Positions 26,789 through 34,994 of a stretch of 64,000 nucleotides of DNA are shown piece by piece. Under the pieces are notes generated by a model. The model was given only the letters and a program-made list of their open reading frames with translations, was not told where the DNA came from and did no database searches. Source of the stretch: Deltaproteobacteria bacterium (lineage in GTDB: Bacteria; Myxococcota; SpSt-1050); contig JAOAFA010000050.1 of assembly GCA_026416535.1 (NCBI GenBank), forward strand, positions 1,904 to 65,903. The letters run 5' to 3'. The position numbers were made by a program, and so were the translations under genes. Each line of letters opens with the position of its first letter. The first letter of the stretch is position 1.

Positions 26789-29425
26789 CTACAAACTACC
26801 TCTAAAGACACCCCTATTACCATATATATCTTCAATTACTATTTCATAGTTGCCACTGCCCTTAAATGGAACTACCAACTTAGATGCAACCCTCCCACTA
26901 TAGTCAACTTTTAATGGATATACCTCAAGGTGCTCAAGTGCCCCATTATCCTTTTTTAACTTCACAATAACCTTTTTATCAAACTCTAAAGGATAAGGTT
27001 CATTATAATTTGTATAAATTGAATGTAATCGAGTACTTCCATCACGTGGTTTGGGATAACTCACAACAAAAGAAATATCATCATTATTTATTTTTACATC
27101 CTCAATTAAGAGATTCTCTACTACCTTATATACAAATTCTTGGGAGTATATTTCATAAGGTGCCTTTTTGCCATTTGTATCAATATAATTACCTTTGACC
27201 TTAAAACGATATATCCCTGTATCAAAGCTTACCTTTTCTTCCCATTTGAGTTGCCAATCAGCATTGTCCTTATAATTTCCCAAAAACTCAACGATCATAT
27301 GAAAGTGTGTATCCGTATAGGATATACCTCCGGCAAACTTGACATCCTCAAAATTACCTCCATTCTTTTTCTGTAAATAAATCACAGGATTATCAACACC
27401 TGGATGACCCCCATGCCACTTAGCTAAAACTATGTCAGTTCGAACAACAGAGGCAGGTGGATTCACGAAAAATGCTGGCTTTTCCTTTGCAGCCAATGGA
27501 ACAACAGGCTGCTCATTATCTTCCCACCATTCAGGTTTAAGATTATTATGATTATTCTCCTTTTCAGGAGTCAAAAGTTGAGATGCAAGCTCAATAGATT
27601 CTTTGGCTATATATTCACCATTTTTGAATCCCCAGATACTCATAGATGATTCATAACCACCAAGCAGCCATTCATCTCTCAATAGGATATATAGATGGTG
27701 GTCCATTGAGAATCCCACAGTAATTACATCCTTCATACCCTTATTTTTTAATTCCTTTACCACATAATCACCATATTGTGCCGATGGTTCTCCATTTACA
27801 GATACTAAATAAAGTCCTCCAAGATTAGCAGCAGCAAGTCTCGACTTAGTAAACTGGTAGACCGGCCTATTATAATTTAAGAATGAAGTTTCAAGAAGAC
27901 AGCCCAACTCCCCATCCTTATACCCACCTGCCTTGTATTCTACACAACATTGAAATGCCCCAAGATAGTATGGAATAGGTTTACCTTCTTCATACTTAAA
28001 GAATTCATTATCTTTATAACCCAAATATTTGCGAGAAAAAGGTATTCTCTTTGTCACCATCTCCAATTCAATATCATTCTTAGTCTTAACCAGAGGAAGT
28101 CTGTCTAGGATATACTTCGCCACATAGTATCCAATCGCTTGAATTTGATGAATATCTTTCCTTCCAACTACCTTTCCATCGGGATTTTTATCACCTGCAG
28201 GGGCAGTATTACCTGCGTCCCCGTTCATATATACAACAGGTACAAAATAACCAAGTTTTGAACTCAAAACCTCTTCTGAAATCATTTCAGCAGCAATAGG
28301 GGCGTCACCTGTCATAAGAGTGTCCTGCATATGAGTTGCATGTGAACCATATCTCATAATTACAGCAAGTATTTTTCCATCATGTTCTCCACCATCATAT
28401 TCAACCTTTATTATCGCACTTCTTTTATCCTTAAACGGCATAGATTCTTGTCGCCTGTTGCGAGTAATATAATCACCTGGGTCAAAGTTGTCATCAAGGA
28501 TATACCCCAATCGTGCTGGAACCATATTTTTAATTGCCATTTCTATTGCATCAGCATGCGATTTAACACATCTCTCCCAAATCTCTTTATTAAACTTGTC
28601 ATGTCCTAACACACCCAATCCCATCTCTGGCAACAAATGCCAAAACCTTGCCGGATAAGAATGAGAATGTGAAGAACTCATGAGGATTTTATCGATGTAA
28701 TTCTCACTAAACCTCTTTTCAAGTTCCTTTGCTATACCCGAGATTAGATAATCTTGAGACCAACCAAGTCCATTTCTCACATAGACAATTCTTTCTACAC
28801 CATTGTCAAATACTACTGCCTTTACTGTAGGTCTATCCCAAAAGCCTGTTGAACCCCCGAGCTCCTTATTATAGGGCGTTTTAGGACCCTTTCTCGCTCC
28901 ATATCCGGCCATAGATACACCTACAGGCACATCCAAGTAGGCATACCCATATCCTACCTTTAAGGTAGTTTTCGACCCACCGTCTTGATATGGAGCCTTC
29001 GCATTTATCTTGAATGTATAGGGTTCACATAAGCCATTGTTACAATGGGCATCATCACTACAATCCATATCAGTCTCACAGATTCTCACCCACCTTTGTT
29101 TATAGCAAATATGATATGGTCTACAATCTTCACCGTTTTTATATGCACATCCACAAAATTCCTCACTGATATTTTCACATCTACATTTCTCAGCAGGAAC
29201 ACACTTAAAATCTACACAGGATTGCCTCTGATTACAATCATCTATATATTTGCAAGATTTTTCAACCACATCTGGATGGGTATCATCCTCAGCTATATCC
29301 TGAATCATAACATCTTGAACTATATCCTGAGTTATAACGTCTGAATATATTATCTCATTCTCCGTGCAAGAATAACTCATACCTATAATAATAACAAACA
29401 AAACAGATATAAAAAACTTTTTCAT
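26789..29425 (-). CDS. Secreted neutral/alkaline ceramidase-like hydrolase with N-terminal Cys-rich module
   Basis: LKVGYGYAYLDVPVGVSMAGYGAR..., RIVYVRNGLGW and ILMSSSHSHSYP follow the neutral-ceramidase N-domain pattern (G.a..diTpP.G..maGY / v..D / tHTHsgP). Signal peptide ends GMSYSC. A Cys-rich stretch spans residues ~58-134. GGGAGG SD. Confidence 0.7.
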   Translation of the reverse strand: MKKFFISVLFVIIIGMSYSCTENEIIYSDVITQDIVQDVMIQDIAEDDTHPDVVEKSCKYIDDCNQRQSCVDFKCVPAEKCRCENISEEFCGCAYKNGEDCRPYHICYKQRWVRICETDMDCSDDAHCNNGLCEPYTFKINAKAPYQDGGSKTTLKVGYGYAYLDVPVGVSMAGYGARKGPKTPYNKELGGSTGFWDRPTVKAVVFDNGVERIVYVRNGLGWSQDYLISGIAKELEKRFSENYIDKILMSSSHSHSYPARFWHLLPEMGLGVLGHDKFNKEIWERCVKSHADAIEMAIKNMVPARLGYILDDNFDPGDYITRNRRQESMPFKDKRSAIIKVEYDGGEHDGKILAVIMRYGSHATHMQDTLMTGDAPIAAEMISEEVLSSKLGYFVPVVYMNGDAGNTAPAGDKNPDGKVVGRKDIHQIQAIGYYVAKYILDRLPLVKTKNDIELEMVTKRIPFSRKYLGYKDNEFFKYEEGKPIPYYLGAFQCCVEYKAGGYKDGELGCLLETSFLNYNRPVYQFTKSRLAAANLGGLYLVSVNGEPSAQYGDYVVKELKNKGMKDVITVGFSMDHHLYILLRDEWLLGGYESSMSIWGFKNGEYIAKESIELASQLLTPEKENNHNNLKPEWWEDNEQPVVPLAAKEKPAFFVNPPASVVRTDIVLAKWHGGHPGVDNPVIYLQKKNGGNFEDVKFAGGISYTDTHFHMIVEFLGNYKDNADWQLKWEEKVSFDTGIYRFKVKGNYIDTNGKKAPYEIYSQEFVYKVVENLLIEDVKINNDDISFVVSYPKPRDGSTRLHSIYTNYNEPYPLEFDKKVIVKLKKDNGALEHLEVYPLKVDYSGRVASKLVVPFKGSGNYEIVIEDIYGNRGVFRGSL

Positions 29426-29453
29426 AATGAAGACCTCCCTTACATGATGATGA

Positions 29454-29482
29454 ATATTACAACACTATACAACCCATTTCAA
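29454..29482 (-). promoter_or_regulatory. Candidate sigma70-type promoter for the ceramidase-esterase-DUF58-BatA operon (TTGAAA-17-TAATAT)
   Basis: The minus strand reads TTGAAAtgggttgtatagtgttgTAATAT with an exact 17-nt spacer, ~28 nt upstream of ATG 29425. Confidence 0.4.
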
Positions 29483-29720
29483 TAAAATAATTTGAAGGCT
29501 TTAAACAACTACATCATCCTTCACTATCCACACAATATATTTCTGAGACCTAACTAACGAGTCGATTGATGTCCCCACTAAACAATTTATTACTAAATAA
29601 AAACTCACCTCAATATTTTCAAATTACGAAAATGTTTTTGCAATGTAGGATCTAATCTATACCAATACTTTTCAATCTTGCTAAACTAACCTCTCTCCTT
29701 AAATTTCGGCAAGTAATAAC

Positions 29721-29750
29721 ACAAAAAGAACATCCTATTTTCAATAGGAT
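29721..29750 (-). terminator. Weak Rho-independent terminator candidate after the GT39 gene
   Basis: On the minus strand, a 7-bp stem ATCCTAT-tgaaa-ATAGGAT is followed by gTTCTTTTTg, ~60 nt after the stop at 29812. The stem is AT-rich, so support is modest. Confidence 0.3.
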
Positions 29751-29811
29751 TCCGAAATAACACTTATGCACAATCAATATAACAAAAAACAAACTATTTT
29801 AATTCAGGATT

Positions 29812-31731
29812 TTACTCTGTCTCCTTCTCCTTTATCTGCTCTTTGGATTCTGAAGGTTTCTTCTCTTTTTGAGAAGGAGCATCAGGATCAACTATAGTTA
29901 AATAAAATTTATTAGATGATCTATCCACAATCCTGAGTTTATCTCTCATCTGTTCGGACAGGGCATTCTTTAATGAATTATATCTACTTGCCTCAACAAG
30001 AATAAATTTCCGCCCGGGTCCATCTGCATAGCTTCTGGTCTCAGAATTACTCTTTAGCTGCCTTACAGTATTCTTAGAATAAAAGGTCTCCCCCCTCCAA
30101 TTCATAAGATATGCTGCTATTGGCTCGTTGCCTCTCCTCATTTTATAATAAGTATCGAATAGGTATTTTTGAGAATAATGTGGTGTTATGAGATTAAAGT
30201 AGACATGAACAACAAACAACGCAAAGGCAAAAGCCGTAAGCATATAAGAATAAATAGCAAATCGCTGTTTTTTAAATATGTAGAAGTAGATTACTAAAGC
30301 TCCACCGATTGTAAAGATCGCAATATATTTCCAAACTTCAATTACTCCAGTCGGGAAAGGCCTATCGTATTTATACGTAAAAAGATTAACAAGCAAACGC
30401 TGATCAAGAATTATATCCCTCGCCAAAATTATAAAGAATATGAAGATCAACACCTTTGTGATCCAATTTTCTCTCTCAGGATCATCAATAAGCTTATCAA
30501 TATAAACTGCTATGACTAATGCGATTCCTGGAACAGCAGGAAAAATATAGTGATGAAATTTGGTAATCATCAAATGGAAAAATATATATGCAAATATTCC
30601 CCAAACTGCATATAACAACATTGTCCTAAATTCTTTTGTGGATTCTAAAATTTTATCTTTAAGGATACCAACATAAGCAAAGGGAATAATTGCACTCCAT
30701 GGGAACATTCCGAAACCCAGCTGTTCAATAAAATACTCGAAAGAACCCCTATCTCCATGGACACCAGAGGCAAGTCTATTAAAATGGTCATGAACAAAGA
30801 ATCTACCATAAAAAGTGAAGCCCTCAGTATCTCTGCCGTTAAATGAGAGTAATGTTACATACCAGGGCAAAGCAACTAAACCAAAGATAAAAACACCAAT
30901 GGGAAGCATTGCTCGTCTTAAGATTGCCCAGTCTCCAGTTATTAGTATATACAACAACCATATAGCACCGGGTATCGCAAATCCACCTATACCCTTAGCT
31001 AGTGTAGCAAACCCAATAAAAATATAACCATAAAATAAGAATATTTCATACTGTTTCTTCCTAGTAAATGCCAAATACGCTGCCAATATTCCAGCAAAGA
31101 TTAACACAATGGCAGCCTGTGTCAACCCCTTCATCATATGCCCACTATTAATCATAAGAGCATATTGTGTAATGGTAGCCAAGAGCGTAACTAATGTAAG
31201 TAAGATTCTACTTCTCAAAGTCGGAGGTGATTCATCCTTCTCTATAAGCCCTAATGCCAAAAAGACCATTCCAATAGTCATATTCCCCACATAAGGCATA
31301 TCAGTAATGGCTTGCTTAGACAAAAACAGATAAAACGGACTAGTAGCCATCACAAAAGTCGTTAAAAGAGCAACCCTTTTGTTTATCAACCTTGCAACTC
31401 CCCAATATGTAATAGCCATACAAAGGATAGATAGAACAGCTACAAAAAACCTTACTCCCCATTCATTTACTCCAAAGATGTGCATCCCGGCCGCCATCAT
31501 CCACATCAAAAAGACAGGCTTAGAAAAAAAGTACCCTGATTCCCAGTATGGGAATATGTAATCATTACGGATTAACATAGACCTTGCTACTTCACCATAG
31601 TGAGTTTCCCATGGATCATGAAGTCCGACACTGCCTAAAAATGGTATAAAAAGTAATATCCCCAAACCTACAACAAAATAAAGATTATATCTACCATCCT
31701 TTACATTCTGCCAAAGTGTATTGTAATCCAT
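29812..31731 (-). CDS. GT39/ArnT-like (PMT_2) polytopic membrane glycosyltransferase
   Basis: 639 aa with more than 10 predicted TM helices. The N-terminal loop motif LGSVGLHDPWETHYGEVARSML (cf. D-E..YaE.Arem) fits the family. Lys/Glu-rich C-terminal tail. GAGGAGG SD. Confidence 0.8.
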   Translation of the reverse strand: MDYNTLWQNVKDGRYNLYFVVGLGILLFIPFLGSVGLHDPWETHYGEVARSMLIRNDYIFPYWESGYFFSKPVFLMWMMAAGMHIFGVNEWGVRFFVAVLSILCMAITYWGVARLINKRVALLTTFVMATSPFYLFLSKQAITDMPYVGNMTIGMVFLALGLIEKDESPPTLRSRILLTLVTLLATITQYALMINSGHMMKGLTQAAIVLIFAGILAAYLAFTRKKQYEIFLFYGYIFIGFATLAKGIGGFAIPGAIWLLYILITGDWAILRRAMLPIGVFIFGLVALPWYVTLLSFNGRDTEGFTFYGRFFVHDHFNRLASGVHGDRGSFEYFIEQLGFGMFPWSAIIPFAYVGILKDKILESTKEFRTMLLYAVWGIFAYIFFHLMITKFHHYIFPAVPGIALVIAVYIDKLIDDPERENWITKVLIFIFFIILARDIILDQRLLVNLFTYKYDRPFPTGVIEVWKYIAIFTIGGALVIYFYIFKKQRFAIYSYMLTAFAFALFVVHVYFNLITPHYSQKYLFDTYYKMRRGNEPIAAYLMNWRGETFYSKNTVRQLKSNSETRSYADGPGRKFILVEASRYNSLKNALSEQMRDKLRIVDRSSNKFYLTIVDPDAPSQKEKKPSESKEQIKEKETE

Positions 31732-31742
31732 AGTCTATACAT

Positions 31743-31764
31743 ACCTCCTCACATTTAAGGAGGT
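31743..31764 (-). promoter_or_regulatory. SD-sequestering hairpin in the GT39 leader (ACCUCC-10 nt-GGAGGU)
   Basis: The mRNA-sense sequence is aagttaACCTCCttaaatgtgaGGAGGTatgtatagactATG. A perfect 6-bp GC-rich stem pairs the SD with an upstream anti-SD. Confidence 0.35.
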
Positions 31765-32017
31765 TAACTTATTGTAATAATTACTTTGTGTCAAGACAAA
31801 TTGAGCTATCTATTCAGCTTATTTTTGAGATTCTTACGCTATGTATTCAAATAGCTTTTCTTCATTCCTTCATCTTACTATTATACAACATGAAAAAACT
31901 TATGTTAGATCACTACATCTCAAAACTGACCCCTCATTTTGAATCACTGCAAATTACTACTATAATTAGAATTTCATCATTAACTTTTCCGGTCCCCTAT
32001 TTTATTGATTATAATAT

Positions 32018-32046
32018 TTGACAAGCGGTTCATCAAGTGGCATAAA
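32018..32046 (+). promoter_or_regulatory. Candidate promoter of tRNA-Val (TTGACA-17-CATAAA)
   Basis: Perfect -35 at 32018-32023, a 17-nt spacer, and -10 CATAAA at 32041-32046, which ends 11 nt before tRNA position 1. Confidence 0.4.
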
Positions 32047-32057
32047 AATTAAGGTAT

Positions 32058-32130
32058 GGGCGCTTAACTCAGCGGTTAGAGTGCCATCCTCACACGGTGG
32101 AAGTCACAGGTTCAATTCCTGTAGCGCCCA
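32058..32130 (+). tRNA. tRNA-Val (anticodon CAC)
   Basis: Folded by hand. Acceptor GGGCGCT/AGCGCCC. D-stem ACTC/GAGT with loop AGCGGTTA. Anticodon stem CCATC/GGTGG with loop CT-CAC-AC. 5-nt variable loop. T-arm ACAGG-TTCAATT-CCTGT. Discriminator A. CCA is not encoded. Confidence 0.97.
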
Positions 32131-32178
32131 TTTTAGTATTTCCATGAACACAAAAGTATTAGAGACCGTTGCCACAAT

Positions 32179-32826
32179 ATGAATTACCTTGGCTGGATGA
32201 CAATTATATTTTTATTTTATACCTCTTCTAACAAAGACATCAAGGGAATGCTAATTGACAAAGCTATAGTAGAAGTAGAAAAAGAAGTTATAACACTTAT
32301 GGAGCTCGAGACGCATTCTAAGATACAGATCGTCATCTCTGAAGGTCCATCATCACTATACAAAATAACAGACTCAGGCTTTATAAATTCAATGATAAAT
32401 CTGATAATCAATCGTGAATTAGTTTCACAAGAGCTCAAAAAAGAAAAAAAATACAAACCTCACCTTTTTACCAAAGAGGCTGAAAGACTATATATCAAGA
32501 TTAAAGATAAATTTGGCAACTCAATGGAATTTGATAAATTTTTAAAAGAGATCAATCTCAACGAATTGGAATTTAAAAAAATTCTTGCTGTATATATCAT
32601 GATAGATGAATATATTAGTAAGGTGGTAGAAGACAAAGCAAAAGTTGATGAAGAAGAACTAAACAGATATCTACAGATCAACCAGATTACCGGACCTTTA
32701 GATACAGAGACATACAACAAATATTTAAACGCACTCAAATCAGAAAAGAGAAAATTAAATGCCGCACAATATCTCGAAGAACTAAAAAACCGTTACAGAA
32801 TAAGATATTTATACATACCAAAATGA
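32179..32826 (+). CDS. Hypothetical envelope protein, SurA-N-terminal-domain-like chaperone (no PPIase domain)
   Basis: N-terminal hydrophobic anchor. LIDKAIVEVEKEVITLMELE resembles the SurA_N opening 'vvDrIvAvVn.e.It.sEl'. The rest is helical and Lys/Glu-rich. Functional call is weak. Confidence 0.45.
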   Translation: MNYLGWMTIIFLFYTSSNKDIKGMLIDKAIVEVEKEVITLMELETHSKIQIVISEGPSSLYKITDSGFINSMINLIINRELVSQELKKEKKYKPHLFTKEAERLYIKIKDKFGNSMEFDKFLKEINLNELEFKKILAVYIMIDEYISKVVEDKAKVDEEELNRYLQINQITGPLDTETYNKYLNALKSEKRKLNAAQYLEELKNRYRIRYLYIPK

Positions 32827-33293
32827 TCGTAGAAACAACTAATACCATTTTCTTCAAAAGGGTTACCAAAAACGATATAGATGATATAGTTTTGATAGAA
32901 AATGAATCATTTAAACATCCATGGAAGAAAGAGACATTTGAATCAGAGCTTAATAATCCATATTCAAGATTCTTTATCGCAAAAAAGGAAAACTCTCCCG
33001 CAGGTTTCATCATATATTGGGACATTCCCTATGAAATACATCTTATTAATATAGCCGTGAGACCTCAATTTAGAAGGATGAACATAGGCTCCATGTTATT
33101 GGGAGAAATGATAAAGTATGCCAAAGATAAGAAAAAACATCTTATTACCCTTGAAGTAAGGATATCTAATATAGGTGCAATAAATTTTTATAAAAAATTT
33201 GGTTTTAAGGAAGCCGGAATTAGAGAGAAATATTATGTTGACAACGATGAAGATGCCATTGTAATGGAATTATATATATATGACAAAATATAA
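32823..33293 (+). CDS. rimI: Ribosomal-protein-alanine N-acetyltransferase (RimI-type GNAT)
   Basis: 156 aa with ENESFKHPWKKETFESEL...IHLINIAVRPQFRRMNIGSMLL...LEVRISNIGAINFYKKFGF. ATGA overlap with the upstream gene. Confidence 0.85.
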   Translation: MIVETTNTIFFKRVTKNDIDDIVLIENESFKHPWKKETFESELNNPYSRFFIAKKENSPAGFIIYWDIPYEIHLINIAVRPQFRRMNIGSMLLGEMIKYAKDKKKHLITLEVRISNIGAINFYKKFGFKEAGIREKYYVDNDEDAIVMELYIYDKI

Positions 33294-34098
33294 TCAGTTA
33301 AAAGTTGTCCATGTTAGACACTATAAAGCCAATTACGTTTCCCTCACACTTTCCTACGATAATCAAATGGAGATCCCTATGCCAGGGCAATTTTTTATGT
33401 TAAAACCCCACAATACTTTACTTGGAAGACCAATATCAGTTCATAACTTTTTTCGAATCCTAAAAAAAGGCTATATTGAATTTCTATTTAAAATCGTAGG
33501 CAAAGGAACAAAAAACCTATCCGAACTAAAGAGAGGAGATTACGTTAGCCTATGGGGACCAATAGGCAACTCATTTCCTACATTTGAAAACAAGAAAACT
33601 GCAATTTTGGTCGCCGGTGGAAGAGGCATTGCTCCTCTCTTTTTCCTGGCTACGAAACTTTTTGAAAAAAGATATGAGATTCACTTTTTCTATGGAGTTA
33701 AAAAATCAGAAGAACTAATACACATACTAAGATTAAGAAATATGAGCAATAAATTATTTATATCAACAGAAGATGGTAAGAGAGGAAAAAAGGGACTTAT
33801 CACAGATCTTTTCAAAAGTGCCATCAATACTTATACATCAAGTTTAAAAGACAATCTACTATTCCATGACCAGGGTAATAATGCTGTGTGCTATGTATGC
33901 GGTCCTGACATTATGATGGAAAAGGTCTGCGAAGTCTCACTAAGTCATAAAATAAAAACATACATAAGCCTTGAATCTCACATTGCCTGTGGTAGCGGGG
34001 TATGTCTAGGCTGCACAGTAGAATCAACAGGTGGACAATTATTTCACGTATGTAAAGAAGGTCCTGTTTTTGATGCCGAGGAGATTTATTGCAAATGA
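33280..34098 (+). CDS. pyrK: Dihydroorotate dehydrogenase B electron-transfer subunit
   Basis: FNR-like fold motifs (RPISV, ILVAGGRGIAPLFFLA) and a C-terminal 2Fe-2S motif, CGSGVCLGCTV...CKEGPVF. Confidence 0.9.
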   Translation: MTKYNQLKVVHVRHYKANYVSLTLSYDNQMEIPMPGQFFMLKPHNTLLGRPISVHNFFRILKKGYIEFLFKIVGKGTKNLSELKRGDYVSLWGPIGNSFPTFENKKTAILVAGGRGIAPLFFLATKLFEKRYEIHFFYGVKKSEELIHILRLRNMSNKLFISTEDGKRGKKGLITDLFKSAINTYTSSLKDNLLFHDQGNNAVCYVCGPDIMMEKVCEVSLSHKIKTYISLESHIACGSGVCLGCTVESTGGQLFHVCKEGPVFDAEEIYCK

Positions 34099-34994
34099 AT
34101 GAATTAAAAGTAGATATATCAACACTAAGGTTAAAAAATCCTATTATGAGTGCCTCCGGGACTTTTGGCTTTGGCTATGAATTCATGGAATACTATGACA
34201 CATCTGTTTTGGGGGCCATAGTCTGTAAAGGTATTTCAAAAGAACCAAGACGCGGAAATTACGGAAATAGGATTGCGGAGATTGATGGGGGTATCATAAA
34301 CTCAATAGGACTCGAAAATCCAGGTATATCAGAATTCTTAGAAAAGATACTTCCCATGATAAAGACTATAAATACTGCATACATTGTCAATATATTGGGT
34401 TCCGATTTAGATGAATATCTATATCTCGCAGAAAAGTTAAGTGAGCTTCCAAGGGTTGACGCAATCGAGGTAAACATATCCTGTCCCAATGTTAAAGCAG
34501 GAGGCCTTAGTTTTGGAAAAGATATTAATCTAATAAAAGATCTCACAAGACGATTGAGAGATATATTCCCTAAACCAATTATAATTAAGGTATCACCTGA
34601 TCTACCATATATAGAAATCGCAAAGATATGCCGTAACGAAGGTATTGATGCTATTACATGCATAAATACAATTCAATCACTCTTAATAGATGTAGAGAAA
34701 AAGACATTCTTCTTCAACAATTTATATGGTGGTCTTTCTGGGCCGGCGATCAAACCAATTGCACTAAGGGTTGTATATCAAGTCGCAAAGGAAGTTGGGA
34801 TACCTGTCATTGGATGTGGTGGAATTATGAGCTATAAAGATGCGGTTGAATTTTTTATGGCTGGTGCAACTGCGGTCCAGATAGGAACCGCCAATTTTAC
34901 AAATCCGTTATCAGCCTATGAAATCCTAAAAGATCTGATGTCATACTTAGAAAAAAACAAGATTCATAGTGTAAGTGAACTAAGAATATGGTGA
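34095..34994 (+). CDS. pyrD: Dihydroorotate dehydrogenase (class 1B) catalytic subunit
   Basis: NPIMSASGTFGFG, EVNISCPNVK (catalytic Cys) and GGLSGPAIKPIALR. The track start is TTG 34089. ATG 34095 overlaps the pyrK stop (ATGA). Confidence 0.93.
   Translation: MNELKVDISTLRLKNPIMSASGTFGFGYEFMEYYDTSVLGAIVCKGISKEPRRGNYGNRIAEIDGGIINSIGLENPGISEFLEKILPMIKTINTAYIVNILGSDLDEYLYLAEKLSELPRVDAIEVNISCPNVKAGGLSFGKDINLIKDLTRRLRDIFPKPIIIKVSPDLPYIEIAKICRNEGIDAITCINTIQSLLIDVEKKTFFFNNLYGGLSGPAIKPIALRVVYQVAKEVGIPVIGCGGIMSYKDAVEFFMAGATAVQIGTANFTNPLSAYEILKDLMSYLEKNKIHSVSELRIW

Noticed and set aside
31740-31742. Upstream ATG right after the GT39 SD as an alternative start or uORF
   Set aside because: It is out of frame with the GT39 ORF, abuts the SD with no spacing, and would encode only 13 codons.
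31788-32021. 77-codon ORF upstream of tRNA-Val
   Set aside because: It has a hydrophobic, low-complexity translation and no SD. It runs into the candidate tRNA promoter and lies in the divergent regulatory spacer, so it is most likely spurious.
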